The notes: generated by a model from the letters alone, not told the origin. A stretch of 64,000 nucleotides of DNA from an uncultured Actinomycetes bacterium (GCA_963727235.1 CAVSFZ010000026.1:65286-129285); one strand, 5' to 3'; shown: positions 42,683-53,636, counted from the first letter of the stretch. Translations and numbers: made by a program.

Positions 42683-43397
42683 GCGCAATGCCGGCGTCGA
42701 CGTGATCTACCCGTGGCACGATCTCCAGCACGCTCTCGGCCGCACACACGCGCACGTCGTCGTACAGGTCTGCCGCCTGCAGGTTGCGGGCGCTCTGTGA
42801 CGCCGCCAATCCCTCGAGCGAGCTTGGAAATCCCTCGGCAATCACCTCGGCGGCCCGGGCGGCGTCAGTCTGCTCCCAGCCGGGCAAGAGCGCCGTCAGT
42901 TCCGACACGAACCTGCCGGCCGTGTAGGCGTCGTCCATCGTCAGCGCTCCCTTGACCCCGGCGCACTGAACCAGCACCGGCCCCCGCTGCTCCATCGCAA
43001 TCCGGGCGGCGGCGCCGGCACACGCGCGCAGGTTCATCAGACAGCCGATCAGGATCGTGTCGGCGTGCGCGTCGGCGGCCACGATCGCACGCGTGCCGTT
43101 GGTGGTGGTCAGCACCAGATTTGACCCACCCGGGGACCCGCCCTCGAACTCGCGCGGCGAGTTGCCCAGATCGAATCCCTCCGGCCGTACGCACTTGCGT
43201 TCTCCGGCCAGCATGGTTCCCGGCCCCAGCCTGCCGGCCAGCTCGCGGGCCTGGTCCAGCTCGCCACAGGCCAGCACCCGCTCGTATCCCTGGTGCAGCG
43301 CGCAGGTGATGGTGGTCGTGGCCCGCAGCACGTCGATCACGATCGCAACGGTGGTGTCGGCGGCCTCGGCCGGCACGAACGCCGCGTCGATCTTCAC
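42672..43397 (-). CDS. comB: 2-phosphosulfolactate phosphatase family protein (ComB-like)
   Basis: The GTG at 43397 (GTGA overlap with the ppdK stop) gives VKIDAAFVPAE...VIDVLRATTTI, the ComB family motif. Confidence 0.8.
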   Translation of the reverse strand: MKIDAAFVPAEAADTTVAIVIDVLRATTTITCALHQGYERVLACGELDQARELAGRLGPGTMLAGERKCVRPEGFDLGNSPREFEGGSPGGSNLVLTTTNGTRAIVAADAHADTILIGCLMNLRACAGAAARIAMEQRGPVLVQCAGVKGALTMDDAYTAGRFVSELTALLPGWEQTDAARAAEVIAEGFPSSLEGLAASQSARNLQAADLYDDVRVCAAESVLEIVPRVDHVDAGIALIL

Positions 43398-45934
43398 GTG
43401 GCGGCCGCCAGCGAGGCCTGCGCGGCGGCCAGCCGAGCGGTCGGAACGCGATTCGGCGAGCAGGACACGTAATCGAGGCCGGCCCGCTCGAAGAACTCGA
43501 TCGAGGCGGGGTCGCCCCCGTGCTCTCCGCACACACCCAGCTTTATCCCAGGGTTGGAGCCACGGGCGGCAGTGGTCGCGAGCTCGATCAGACGCCCCAC
43601 TCCCGACCGGTCAAGCGTCTCGAACGGACTCTGCGGCAGCAACCGGGTTTCCAGATAGTGCGGCAGGAATCCGTTCTCGGCATCGTCCCGCGAGAACGCC
43701 AGCGTCATCTGGGTGAGGTCGTTGGTTCCGAACGAGCAGAAGTCGGCCACGTCTGCGATCTCGTCGGCGGTCAGCGCCGCACGCGGCACCTCGATCATGG
43801 TGCCGATGATGATGCCGAGCCGCTCGCCGCCCTCCTCGGAGATGATCGCCTCGGTCATCACCCGCAGCCGTCGCAGCTCCTCGGCAAATCCCACCAGCGG
43901 GTGCATGATCTCCACTCCGGTGGCCTCGGTCGCGAGCGCCGCACGCACGATCGCCCGCACCTGCATCTCGTAGATCTCAGGGTGCACCAGCCCCACCCGG
44001 CAGCCGCGGGTGCCCAGCATGGGGTTGACCTCGTGCAGCTCGGTCGCGTCGGGGACGAACTCGTGCAGAGGCGGATCGAGCAGGCGGATCGTCACCGGCA
44101 ACCCGCGCATGGCCTCGAAGATGCCCTCGAAGTCGGCCTGGTGCGGCGGCAGCAGCCGGTTGACGGCATCAATCCGGGTGTCCAGATCACGGGCCAGGAT
44201 CACCTCGCGCATGACAGGCAGCCAGCGCTCTGAGAAGAACATGTGCTCGGTGCGGCAGAGCCCGATGCCCTCGGCCCCCAGCTCGCGGGCAGCGGCCGCG
44301 TCGGCCGGGGTATCAGCGTTTGCGCGCACCCGCATCCGCCGGATCTCGTCCGCCCAGCCTGTGACCGTGCGCAGCCCCTCGAGCGTGGTCGACGCCGGCG
44401 GCACCAGCTCCGCCTCACCGAGGATCACCCGGCCCTCCTCATCGTCCACCGACACCGTGACCACATCGCCCTCGTGCACCTCGTAGCCGGCCACCCGAAA
44501 CGATCGGGCCGACTCGTCGATCTCGATCATCTCTGCGCCCACCACGCACGGCGTTCCCCAGCCTCTGACGACCACGGCCGCATGCGACGTCATGCCTCCC
44601 CTGCTGGTTACCACGCCGACCGCGCGGGCCATGCCGGGAACGTCGTCGGCCGACGTCTCGCCTCGAACCAGCACCACGGCCTCGCCGGCGTCCGCCCGCT
44701 CCACGGCGGTGGCTGCGTCGAACACGACCACCCCGACCGCCGCTCCCGCACACGCCGGCAGACCGGTCGCGATCACCGGGTGGTCGTCGCGGGGATTGAC
44801 CGTGGGCCGCAACACGTGCTCGAGCAGGTGGGCATCGACCCGGCGAACCGCCACATCTCGCTCGATCACTCCCTCGGCGACCATGTCCACAGCGATCCGC
44901 AGAGCCGCTCGCGGATCCCGCTTGCCGCTGCGCGTCTGCAGCATGTAGAGCCGGCCCTGATCGACGGTGAACTCGAGGTCCTGCATGTCGCCGTAGTGGT
45001 TCTCGAGCAGCGTCATCACCTCCAGCAGCGCGCGGTACGCCTCCGGCTCCAGCCGTCCCAGCTCTTCCAGCGGCAGGCCGGTGCGGGCACCGGAGACGAC
45101 GTCCTCGCCCTGTGCGTTTTGGAGGAACTCACCGTACGGGTGGGCCTCGCCGGTGGACGGGTTGCGGGTGAACGCCACCCCCGTCCCGGAGCGCTCGCCG
45201 GTGTTTCCGAACACCATCTGCTGCACGTTGACCGCGGTTCCCATGTCGTCGGCGATGCGTTCCCGGCGACGGTAGGCGACCGCCCGCGGCGTGTTCCACG
45301 ACTTGAACACCGCTTCGACCGCCAGGTCCAGCTGTTCCCGCGGGCCCTGGGGGAATCGATCCCCGGTCTCTGCGCGGTAGAGCTCCTGGTACTGCTGAAC
45401 CAGCTCGGCCAGCGCGTCGCCGTCCAGATCCACGTCAGCGGTGACCCCCCGCTTCAGCTTCATCCGCCCGAGCAGATCCTCGAACCGGTCGAGCGGCACA
45501 CCCATCACGACGTTTCCGAACATCTGGATCAGCCGCCGGTATGAGTCGCGGGCAAACCGGGCGTCGCCGGTGGCCTCGATCAGCGCATCCACCGACTTGT
45601 CGTTGAGTCCCAGGTTGAGGATCGTGTCCATCATCCCGGGCATCGACACCGGCGCGCCCGAACGCACCGACACCAAGAGTGGGTTGGAGGCACCGCCCAG
45701 CTCCGACCCCACGCGCTCCTCCAGCTCCTCGACCGCGGCCCCGACCTGCTCGGCGAGCCCGTCCGGCGACTGCTCCCCGGATTCGAGGAACGCCAGGCAT
45801 GCCTCGGTGGTGATCGTGAACCCATCGGGGACGGGCAGGCCGATGGCGGTCATCTCGGCGAGATTCGCGCCCTTGCCGCCGAGCAGATCGCGCATGGAAC
45901 GATCGCCTTCGGCAAACGCGTACACATAGTTCAT
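43394..45934 (-). CDS. ppdK: pyruvate, phosphate dikinase
   Basis: The ATG at 45934 gives MNYVYAFAEGDRSMRDLLGGKGANLAEM. It carries the phospho-His region GGMTSHAAVVVRGWG and the C-terminal PEP-utilising motif SFGTNDLTQ. Confidence 0.95.
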   Translation of the reverse strand: MNYVYAFAEGDRSMRDLLGGKGANLAEMTAIGLPVPDGFTITTEACLAFLESGEQSPDGLAEQVGAAVEELEERVGSELGGASNPLLVSVRSGAPVSMPGMMDTILNLGLNDKSVDALIEATGDARFARDSYRRLIQMFGNVVMGVPLDRFEDLLGRMKLKRGVTADVDLDGDALAELVQQYQELYRAETGDRFPQGPREQLDLAVEAVFKSWNTPRAVAYRRRERIADDMGTAVNVQQMVFGNTGERSGTGVAFTRNPSTGEAHPYGEFLQNAQGEDVVSGARTGLPLEELGRLEPEAYRALLEVMTLLENHYGDMQDLEFTVDQGRLYMLQTRSGKRDPRAALRIAVDMVAEGVIERDVAVRRVDAHLLEHVLRPTVNPRDDHPVIATGLPACAGAAVGVVVFDAATAVERADAGEAVVLVRGETSADDVPGMARAVGVVTSRGGMTSHAAVVVRGWGTPCVVGAEMIEIDESARSFRVAGYEVHEGDVVTVSVDDEEGRVILGEAELVPPASTTLEGLRTVTGWADEIRRMRVRANADTPADAAAARELGAEGIGLCRTEHMFFSERWLPVMREVILARDLDTRIDAVNRLLPPHQADFEGIFEAMRGLPVTIRLLDPPLHEFVPDATELHEVNPMLGTRGCRVGLVHPEIYEMQVRAIVRAALATEATGVEIMHPLVGFAEELRRLRVMTEAIISEEGGERLGIIIGTMIEVPRAALTADEIADVADFCSFGTNDLTQMTLAFSRDDAENGFLPHYLETRLLPQSPFETLDRSGVGRLIELATTAARGSNPGIKLGVCGEHGGDPASIEFFERAGLDYVSCSPNRVPTARLAAAQASLAAAT

Positions 45935-45944
45935 CACAGCTACA

Positions 45945-46781
45945 TCAGGCCCGGGTACCCTCGCGGGCCGCGCGCCGGCGCTCGCTGACCAGCTCGGCAA
46001 CGCGGGCAGCGGCCTCTTCGATCGCCAGCCCCGACACGTCGATCACCGGGCAGCCCAGCCGGCGGTGGAGCGACGAGGCCAGCTCCAGCTCGTCGTAGAT
46101 CTCCGACAGGTCGGCATACCTGGCGTTGGCTCCGGCCGCCAGCGCCCGCACTCGGCGGGCACGGATCTCGGCCAATCGCTCGGCGTCGATGGTGAGGCCC
46201 ACAACTTTCCATGGATCGACCGAGAACAGCCCGGGAGGCGGATCGATGCCGCGCACGATCGGGACGTTGGCGGCCATGTAGCCGAGGTAGCCGAGATGCA
46301 TGGAGGTGGGCGTCTTGGATGTCCTGGACACGCCCACGAGCACGATCTCGGCGTGGTTGAGATCGTCAGAGCCGCGCCCGTCGTCGTGCTTGACCGCGAA
46401 CTCGATCGCCGCGATCCGCCGGAAGTACTGGGCATCCAGCGGCGCCGTGCGGCCGGGGAGCATGGTGGCCTGGGTGCCCGACGCAGTGGTGATCGCGTGC
46501 AGCGCCGGGCTGAGCACGTCGAGTGTCACCAGCCGGTTGCGGCGCGCCAGGTCGACGATCGCCTCACGCAGCCCGGAGTCGACCAGGGTGTAGAACACCA
46601 CCGCCGGCCGGCCGGTGGCATCGTCCAGTGCCCGTGCGAGCTGCTCCTCGGTCTGCACGCGGGCGTGCCTGACCATGTCGATCTCCACGTCCTCGTACTG
46701 ATGGGTGGCCGCCCGGGCCACCCGAGCGGCGGTGTCCCCGGTCGAGTCGGAGACGATGTGAATCTCGAGCTTCTCGGGCAT
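45945..46781 (-). CDS. PPDK/PEP-synthase regulatory protein (bifunctional kinase/pyrophosphorylase, DUF299)
   Basis: IHIVSDSTGDTA N-terminus and the P-loop-like GVSRTSKTPTS. Immediately upstream of ppdK. Confidence 0.9.
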   Translation of the reverse strand: MPEKLEIHIVSDSTGDTAARVARAATHQYEDVEIDMVRHARVQTEEQLARALDDATGRPAVVFYTLVDSGLREAIVDLARRNRLVTLDVLSPALHAITTASGTQATMLPGRTAPLDAQYFRRIAAIEFAVKHDDGRGSDDLNHAEIVLVGVSRTSKTPTSMHLGYLGYMAANVPIVRGIDPPPGLFSVDPWKVVGLTIDAERLAEIRARRVRALAAGANARYADLSEIYDELELASSLHRRLGCPVIDVSGLAIEEAAARVAELVSERRRAAREGTRA

Positions 46782-46791
46782 CCTGACCAGT

Positions 46792-48729
46792 CTATCCGGG
46801 GAGTTCCTCGAAGTCGCCCAGCCTGCGCAGGCAGCTCGCCACCGCCGCTGCGAGCCCCAGGCGGTTTTGGCGGACGTCCTCGTCGGGGTCCATCACCAGC
46901 ACCTGATCGAAGAAGGTACTCACCGGCGCCACCAGCGCGGTGGCGGCGGCCAGCGCCTTGGGCGCGTCATCACGGGCTGCATCGATCCGTGCCCGCGTTT
47001 CGGTCACAGCGGCGTACAAGGCCAACTCAGCCGGCTCGGACAGCCGGTCGGGGTCGACCTGATCACGTGCATCGCCCGCAATCCGGCGGGAGCGCGAGTA
47101 CACGTCGCGCAGAGCGGCTCGATCCGGTTCCGCGGCGGAGTGCAGCGCCCGGGCGAGCGCGGCCACCGCCGCCGGCTCGGTCTCACCCGATCCGCGTGCC
47201 GCGCGCACCTCCTCCACGGTCACGCCGTCGTCGGTCAGCGCCGTCTCGATCCGGTCGAGCACGAACGGGACAGCCCGTGGCCCGACCATCTCCTCCAGGC
47301 CGATCCTCCACCCCCGGTCGAGCGCCACCGCCACCAGCCCGGCCGCGGTCCGGCGCAGGCCGTATGGATCGCGGCTGCCGGTGGGCTCGAGTCCCAGCCC
47401 GAACGCAACCGCCAGCGTATCGGCCTTGTCGGCGATCGACACCGCCGCACCGGCGTCGCCGGCCGGTCGCGCCCCGGCAAACCCGTACGGCAGGTGATGT
47501 TCCTCGATCGCCTTTGCGGCCTGCTCGTCGACTCCCGCCCGGCGTGCGTACACCGCCCCGGCGTAGCCCTCGAGGTCAGAGAACTCGCCCACCAGGTTGG
47601 ACACCAGGTCAGCCTTGGCCAGCTCGGCCGCCCGCACCGCCGCCGCCGCGGTGGCGGAATCCAGCTGCAGCCGCTCACACAGGCCCTGCGTCAGGCTGCG
47701 CACGCGGGCGGTCTTCTCGGCGATCGATCCTGAGCCCTCCAGGAAGCTCACCCGGTCGAGCTCGGCTGCCATCGCCTCGATGCCCCGGCCGAGGTCGGCC
47801 GCAAACGCGAACTCGGCGTCGGTCAGCCGCCCGACCAGCACCGCCTCGTTTCCCCGGATCACCGTCTCGGGATCACCGCCGTTTGCGACGAAGAGGAACC
47901 GCGGCTCCAGCCGATCGCCGGATCGCACCGGGAAGTACCGCTGGTGCGACTGCATGGCGGTGATCACCACGCGTTCGGGCAACTCCAAAAAACGTTCGTC
48001 GATACGCCCGCTCAGCACCGACGGCCACTCGGCCAGGTAGACGACCTCGTCCAGCTTGCGCAGCGGGTCGACCCACTCGCCGGCGTCGCTCAGCTCTCGC
48101 TCGATCAGCTCTCGGCGTTCCACCGCCGCCACCATCACGTGGGCAGACCGCAGATCGCTGCGATAGCTGGTGGCGCTTCCCACCTCCACCGGGCCGGCCA
48201 GGAACCGATGGCCGCGCGACACGCCGGTCGCAACCAGGCCGAACAGCTCCACCGGAACCACCTGATGGTCGAGCTTGACCACCAGCCAGCGCACGGGGCG
48301 AGAGAAGCGGCCGTGGTCCCACCGCATCGACTTGGAGAAGTTGAGCGCGCCGGTGAGCTGCGCGGCCAGCTCGGGTACCAGCTCAGCCACCGGGGTCGCC
48401 GCCCCGTCGGTGATTGCCCACATCAGCCCGTCGCGCTCCACCAGGTCGTCCACCTCGAGGCCATGCTTGCGCGCAAACCCGGCGCGGGCCTGCTCGGGTG
48501 CATCGGCCTTGGGTCCGCGCACCTCGGCGCGCTTGGCGGCCCGCTCGGCGGGCAGCCCGGTCGCGATCGCTGCGATCCGGCGCGGACTCACGTGCACGCC
48601 CACGGTGTTGGCATCCAGCCCCAGCCGGTCGAGCCCGTCGGCCAGCAGTCCGGGCACCTGGCGCTCGGCCTCGCGGCACGCGACCGCGGGCAGATCCTCG
48701 CAGCCGATCTCCATCAGCAGATCAGGCAC
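46792..48729 (-). CDS. glyS: glycine--tRNA ligase beta subunit
   Basis: 645 aa with [15 protein letters not shown]-terminus. 8-nt overlap with glyQ. Confidence 0.93.
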   Translation of the reverse strand: MPDLLMEIGCEDLPAVACREAERQVPGLLADGLDRLGLDANTVGVHVSPRRIAAIATGLPAERAAKRAEVRGPKADAPEQARAGFARKHGLEVDDLVERDGLMWAITDGAATPVAELVPELAAQLTGALNFSKSMRWDHGRFSRPVRWLVVKLDHQVVPVELFGLVATGVSRGHRFLAGPVEVGSATSYRSDLRSAHVMVAAVERRELIERELSDAGEWVDPLRKLDEVVYLAEWPSVLSGRIDERFLELPERVVITAMQSHQRYFPVRSGDRLEPRFLFVANGGDPETVIRGNEAVLVGRLTDAEFAFAADLGRGIEAMAAELDRVSFLEGSGSIAEKTARVRSLTQGLCERLQLDSATAAAAVRAAELAKADLVSNLVGEFSDLEGYAGAVYARRAGVDEQAAKAIEEHHLPYGFAGARPAGDAGAAVSIADKADTLAVAFGLGLEPTGSRDPYGLRRTAAGLVAVALDRGWRIGLEEMVGPRAVPFVLDRIETALTDDGVTVEEVRAARGSGETEPAAVAALARALHSAAEPDRAALRDVYSRSRRIAGDARDQVDPDRLSEPAELALYAAVTETRARIDAARDDAPKALAAATALVAPVSTFFDQVLVMDPDEDVRQNRLGLAAAVASCLRRLGDFEELPG

Positions 48730-49582
48730 CGGCCTCCTCGACCTCCAGATACATCGCCGCCACCGCCTGCGACAGGCGCCTCATCCGCAGTACGTACGCA
48801 GCCCGGTCGGTGACCGCGATCGCCCGCCGCGAATCGAGCAGGTTGAATGCGTGCGAGCACTTCAGCACGAAGTCGTACGCCGGCAGCGGCAGCCTTGCCT
48901 CGACGCAGCGGCGGGCCTCGGCCTCGAACTCGTCGAAGTGGCGCGCGTGCATCGCGGTGTCGGCCAGCTCGTAGTTGTAGGTGGACATCTGGCGCTCGTT
49001 CTGGAAGTACACGTCGGCCCAGCTGACCCCCTCCGACCAGTGCACGTCCTGCACCCGCTCCACGCCCTGGAGGTACATCGCAAGCCGCTCCAGGCCGTAG
49101 GCCAGCTCACACGAGATCGGGTCGAGCTCGATCCCCCCGGCCTGCTGGAAGTAGGTGAACTGCGTGATCTCCATGCCGTCCAGCCACACCTCCCAGCCGA
49201 GCCCCGCCGCTCCCAGGCTGGGATTTTCCCAATTGTCTTCGACAAACCGGATGTCGTGCCGGGCGACGTCGATGCCGATTCGCGCGAGCGATGCCAGGTA
49301 GATGTCCTGCATGTCGTCGGGAGCCGGCTTCAGGATCACCTGGTACTGGTAGAACTGCTGGAACCGGAAGGGGTTCTCACCGTAGCGGCCGTCGTCCGGA
49401 CGGATCGACGGCTCCACGTAGCCGGTGCGCCACGGCTTGGGGCCGAGCACCCTGAGGAAGGTCGCCGGATTCGAGGTGCCCGCGCCGACCTCCGTGTGGT
49501 ACGGCTGCATGATCGTGCAGCCCTGCTCCTCCCAGTAGCCTTGGAGGGCGCTGATCATCCCCTGGAAGGTGAGCGCGGCCAT
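48722..49582 (-). CDS. glyQ: glycine--tRNA ligase alpha subunit
   Basis: [39 protein letters not shown], a highly conserved GlyQ N-terminus. Confidence 0.96.
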   Translation of the reverse strand: MAALTFQGMISALQGYWEEQGCTIMQPYHTEVGAGTSNPATFLRVLGPKPWRTGYVEPSIRPDDGRYGENPFRFQQFYQYQVILKPAPDDMQDIYLASLARIGIDVARHDIRFVEDNWENPSLGAAGLGWEVWLDGMEITQFTYFQQAGGIELDPISCELAYGLERLAMYLQGVERVQDVHWSEGVSWADVYFQNERQMSTYNYELADTAMHARHFDEFEAEARRCVEARLPLPAYDFVLKCSHAFNLLDSRRAIAVTDRAAYVLRMRRLSQAVAAMYLEVEEAGA

Positions 49583-49623
49583 CGGAGCGAGAAGCTATCA
49601 GGAGCGGGCCTGCGAGCGCCCCG

Positions 49624-50361
49624 TCATGCGCGCAGGGTGCGCAGCTGGAAGCCGCCGTGGTACTCGTATGTGCGCTCCAGCACACGCAGCGCGTCACGGG
49701 TCGCGCGCAGTCGGGGACGCGGCTCTCCCAGCGGCAGCGCGAGCATCTGCTCGATTGCGGTGAGACTCTCCAGCTCCACGGCAAACGTGCCCGCCTGGCC
49801 GAGGCACTCATCACAGACAGCACCGCCTGCCGCCGGCGAGTACCCGGCCAGCGGCCCGGGCGAGCCGCACGCCGCGCACGCGGTGAGGTGCGGCAGATAG
49901 CCGCTCAGCATCAGCAGTTTCAGCTGAAACCCGAGGCCGAGCGGATCCAGCGCGGGATCGGCGTCGGAGCTCGCCGTCCAGGTCTCGAGCAGCGTCAGAA
50001 ACCGGTTCAAGCCGGCGAACATCTGAGGCTGAGGCTCCGGCTCGGTATTCAGCTTCAGCACCGCCTCGGCCCCGATCTGGCCGACGGCGAGGTTGTAGGT
50101 GCGCTCACGGACGGCGGCGTGGGAGCGGATGATGTCGGCGCCGGAAACCGTGTGCAGGTCACCGCGACCCTCGTGCAGCATCAGCGCGACGTGGGTGAGC
50201 GGCTCGAGCCGCCCGCCGAACCTCGATCCGGTCTTGCGCACGCCCTTGGCGATCGCATTCACCCGGCCCCGCTCGGATGTGAACAGGTGCAGCACCCGAT
50301 CGGCCTCCGAGAACCTGATCGACCGCAGCACCACCGCCTCGGTCTTGTATGACCTCCCCAT
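49624..50361 (-). CDS. recO: DNA repair protein RecO
   Basis: The ATG at 50361 gives MGRSYKTEAVVLRSIRFSEADRVLHLFTSERGRVNAIAKG. A C-terminal Cys cluster reads CAACGS...CDEC. Confidence 0.9.
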   Translation of the reverse strand: MGRSYKTEAVVLRSIRFSEADRVLHLFTSERGRVNAIAKGVRKTGSRFGGRLEPLTHVALMLHEGRGDLHTVSGADIIRSHAAVRERTYNLAVGQIGAEAVLKLNTEPEPQPQMFAGLNRFLTLLETWTASSDADPALDPLGLGFQLKLLMLSGYLPHLTACAACGSPGPLAGYSPAAGGAVCDECLGQAGTFAVELESLTAIEQMLALPLGEPRPRLRATRDALRVLERTYEYHGGFQLRTLRA

Positions 50362-50371
50362 TCCTGGGAGC

Positions 50372-51211
50372 CTACCGGCGGGGCTGGCGGGTGCAGTTCG
50401 GGCAGTAGTAGGTTCCGCGCTGCGCCACCCGGATCTTTCGGATCGGCCGGCCGCAGCGGGGACAGGGCTCGCCCTCCCGGCCGTAGGCGTTGAACCGTTC
50501 CTGCATCGTGCCGGACTGGCCGTCGACTCCTCGGTAGTCGCGGATGCTCGCCCCCTGCGCGGCAATCCCTCGCTCGAGCACCGCAATCACCGCAGCATGC
50601 ACCCGCTTGATCTCTGCGGTTCGCAGCGACCCGGCGAGCCGCTCCGGGTGGATCCGGGCCTCCCACAGCGCCTCGTCGGCGTAGATGTTGCCCACGCCGG
50701 CGACGATCTGCTGATTCAGGAGCACCGCCTTGATCGCGGCCGTGCGGCCGGCGATGGCATCGCGCAGGTCCTGCCACCTCCAGTCGGGCGAGAGCGGTTC
50801 GGGTCCCGCCCGCCGGCTGAGGTAGCGGTCAAGGCCACCCGGTTCGATGATGCGCATGGTGCCAAACCGGCGCTGATCCGAGTACAGCAGGAGCGCGCCG
50901 TCGTCCAGCTCAACCCGGGCGCGGAGATGCCGTACGTCGACGGCCGGCGCTTCCCGAGCCTGATGGTGGAACCAGCCCGTCATGCGCAGATGCACGACCA
51001 GTGTGCGGCCGCTCTCGAGCATGATCAGGAGGTACTTGCCGCGCCGGCCGATCGAGACGACCCGGTCGCCGTCGAGCTCCATGCCGATCATGATCGGGTC
51101 GTCAGGCGCGGTCAGGCGCCCGTCCAGGATCTCTGCCCGCTCGATCACACGTCCGGCCAGCCGGGGCTCCAGCCCGCGGCGCACCGTCTCGACCTCAGGC
51201 AGCTCGGGCAT
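50372..51211 (-). CDS. mutM: formamidopyrimidine-DNA glycosylase
   Basis: MPELPEVETVRRGL N-terminus and a C-terminal zinc finger CPRCG...YYCPNC. Confidence 0.94.
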   Translation of the reverse strand: MPELPEVETVRRGLEPRLAGRVIERAEILDGRLTAPDDPIMIGMELDGDRVVSIGRRGKYLLIMLESGRTLVVHLRMTGWFHHQAREAPAVDVRHLRARVELDDGALLLYSDQRRFGTMRIIEPGGLDRYLSRRAGPEPLSPDWRWQDLRDAIAGRTAAIKAVLLNQQIVAGVGNIYADEALWEARIHPERLAGSLRTAEIKRVHAAVIAVLERGIAAQGASIRDYRGVDGQSGTMQERFNAYGREGEPCPRCGRPIRKIRVAQRGTYYCPNCTRQPRR

Positions 51212-52488
51212 CAGACGATCTCCAGCACTGTCTCGGTGGGCTGTGGCTCATGATCGCCGATTGCAAAGCAGGCCGCCGCTGAGGCGATGTCCGGCTCCGT
51301 CCGGGCGTGGATGGTTGCCAGCGGCTGCCCGGGCTCCACCCGTGTGCCGGCCTTGGCGTGCACCACCACCCCCACCGCATGGTCGATATCTGCGCCGACC
51401 TCGGTTCGGCCGGCCCCGAGTCGCATGGCGACATCTGCGATCCCACGGGCGCTGCAGCGCGTCACCCAGCCCCGCTGTGATGCGGGCACATCCACGACGA
51501 TCGGCGCGGTCGGCAGGCGTGCGTCCGGGTCTCCCCCCTGAGCGCCCACCCACCGTCGGAACGCGGCCAGACCGGCCCCGGACTCGAGCGCCCGCACCGC
51601 GGCGCCGCGATCACCGGTGAGCAGGCCGGTGGCCGTGATGCAGACCTCCACCAGATCAGCCGGCCCTCCACCTGACAGCGTGGCCACCGCCTCGGCCACC
51701 TCCAGGGAGTTCCCCACGGCGGCTCCCAGCGGCTCGTCCATTGCCGTCAGCATGCAGGTGGTGTCGACCCCGGCCGCCTCTCCGAGCCGGCGCATGGTGG
51801 CGGCAAGCTCGTGCGCATCGGCGCGCTCCTGCATGAATGCGCCCTCGCCGACCTTCACGTCCAGCACCAGACGGCGGGCCCCCGCAGCGAGCTTCTTGGA
51901 CATGATGCTGGTGGCGATCAGGGGAATCGACGGCACCGTTGCCGTGGCGTCTCTGAGAGCGTACAGCCGCCTGTCGGCGGGCACCAGATGGAGGCTCTGG
52001 CCGGCCACCGCGATACCGATGTCGCACACCTGGGATACCAGCTCGGCGGCGCTCAGCTGGGTGCGAAAGCCGGGAATCGACTCGAGCTTGTCAAGCGTCC
52101 CGCCGGTGTGCCCGAGACCGCGTCCGGAGAGCTTTGCGATCGGCACGCCGCAGGCGGCGACCAGCGGCGCCACCACCAGGGTGGCCTTGTCGCCCACGCC
52201 TCCGGTGCTGTGCTTGTCCACGACCGTGCGCCCCACCGGGGACAGGTCGAGCCGCTCGCCGGAGTCGACCATCGCCTCCAAGAGCGCCGCCGTCTCGGCG
52301 TCGCTGAGGCCGCGCCACAGCACCGCCATCAGGAACGCCGCCAACTGGTAGTCCGGAGTCTCGGGTGCAATCAGGGTGCGGATCTCGGCCGCGGTCAGCT
52401 CACGGCCGTCGCGCTTGCGCTCCAGCGCGTGCACCGCGATCGGATCGGCCTCAGACAACCGATCGTCCGGGAAGCCGATCGTCCCCAC
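51211..52488 (-). CDS. deoA: thymidine / pyrimidine-nucleoside phosphorylase
   Basis: KRDGRELTAAEI...QLAAFLMAV...VDKHSTGGVGDK motifs. The start (GTG at 52488 or TTG at 52458) is uncertain. Confidence 0.9.
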   Translation of the reverse strand: MGTIGFPDDRLSEADPIAVHALERKRDGRELTAAEIRTLIAPETPDYQLAAFLMAVLWRGLSDAETAALLEAMVDSGERLDLSPVGRTVVDKHSTGGVGDKATLVVAPLVAACGVPIAKLSGRGLGHTGGTLDKLESIPGFRTQLSAAELVSQVCDIGIAVAGQSLHLVPADRRLYALRDATATVPSIPLIATSIMSKKLAAGARRLVLDVKVGEGAFMQERADAHELAATMRRLGEAAGVDTTCMLTAMDEPLGAAVGNSLEVAEAVATLSGGGPADLVEVCITATGLLTGDRGAAVRALESGAGLAAFRRWVGAQGGDPDARLPTAPIVVDVPASQRGWVTRCSARGIADVAMRLGAGRTEVGADIDHAVGVVVHAKAGTRVEPGQPLATIHARTEPDIASAAACFAIGDHEPQPTETVLEIV

Positions 52489-53614
52489 GCCCGGTCAGCA
52501 CCCGCGCGACCGTCGCGCCCACGTCGGCGAACGTGTCGCCGTCGTGGCGGTGGCCCAGCATCGGCGCGCCCGGGACGTGCGCCAGCAGCAGGCCGTGCTC
52601 GCGCGAGTGGTCGGTCGAGGGCGTGGTCGGATCGCAGCCGTGATCCGAGGTCAGGATCAGCAGGTCGCCGTGGTGGAGCGCCGCCATCAGATCCGGCAGG
52701 GCGGCGTCGATGTCCTCCAGCGCATCGGCGAACCCTCGGGGATCGTTTCGGTGGCCCCAGAGCATGTCGGTCTCGACCAGGTTGGTGAACACGAAGCTGC
52801 CGTCGGGCACCTCTCGCAGCAGCCGTGTGGTCACCGCCATGCCCTGACCGTTGGAGCTGGTGGGCGTCGACTGATCGATGGCGGTGCCGGCGAAGATGTC
52901 GGCGATCTTGCCCACCCCGTGCACGGTCGTACCGGAGTCGCGCAGGTGATCCAGCCAGTTCGGGCTGGGCGGTGCCAGCGAGAAGTCGTGCCGGCCCGAG
53001 GTGCGTACATACTCGCCCGGCGCACCCGCGAACGGACGCGCTATCACCCGGGCGACAGCGAGGTCGCCGACCAGCAGATCGCGGGCGATCCGGCAGGCCG
53101 TGTACAGCTCTTCGACCGGCACTGTCTGTTCGTGGGCGGCGATCTGGAACACGGAGTCGGCCGACGTGTACACGATCCAGTCGCCCGTTTGCTGGTGCTG
53201 CTCTCCCAGCCGCGCGATGATCTCGGTTCCGGAGGCGGCCTCGTTTCCGATCACTCCCCGCCCGGTGGCGTCGGAAAAGCGGGCGAGCAGGTCGGCCGGG
53301 AAGCCGTCGGGGAAGGTGGGGAACGGCTGCTCGGTGAGGATTCCCATCATCTCCCAGTGGCCGGTGGTGGTATCCATCCCGCGGCTGCGCTCGATCAGGC
53401 GGCCGTACACCGCCGGGGCATCCCGGCGTGGAGGACAGCCCCGCACCGGCAGGATGTTGCCGAGGCCAAGCGCTGTCAGCGTGGGCAGCTCGAGGCCGCC
53501 GACCGCATCGGCGACATGCTGCAGGGTGCTTGAACCGGCGGTGCCGAACTCCGCCGCGTCGGGCAGGTCGCCGGCACCCACCGCATCCAACACCAGTACA
53601 CATGCTCGGGCCAT
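52451..53614 (-). CDS. deoB: phosphopentomutase
   Basis: LVLDAVGAG..., the LWGHRND motif, and the LILTSDHGCDPT motif. 387 aa. Confidence 0.93.
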   Translation of the reverse strand: MARACVLVLDAVGAGDLPDAAEFGTAGSSTLQHVADAVGGLELPTLTALGLGNILPVRGCPPRRDAPAVYGRLIERSRGMDTTTGHWEMMGILTEQPFPTFPDGFPADLLARFSDATGRGVIGNEAASGTEIIARLGEQHQQTGDWIVYTSADSVFQIAAHEQTVPVEELYTACRIARDLLVGDLAVARVIARPFAGAPGEYVRTSGRHDFSLAPPSPNWLDHLRDSGTTVHGVGKIADIFAGTAIDQSTPTSSNGQGMAVTTRLLREVPDGSFVFTNLVETDMLWGHRNDPRGFADALEDIDAALPDLMAALHHGDLLILTSDHGCDPTTPSTDHSREHGLLLAHVPGAPMLGHRHDGDTFADVGATVARVLTGRGDDRLPGRSVV

Positions 53615-53636
53615 ACGGTGAGCCTAGATGAACAAC

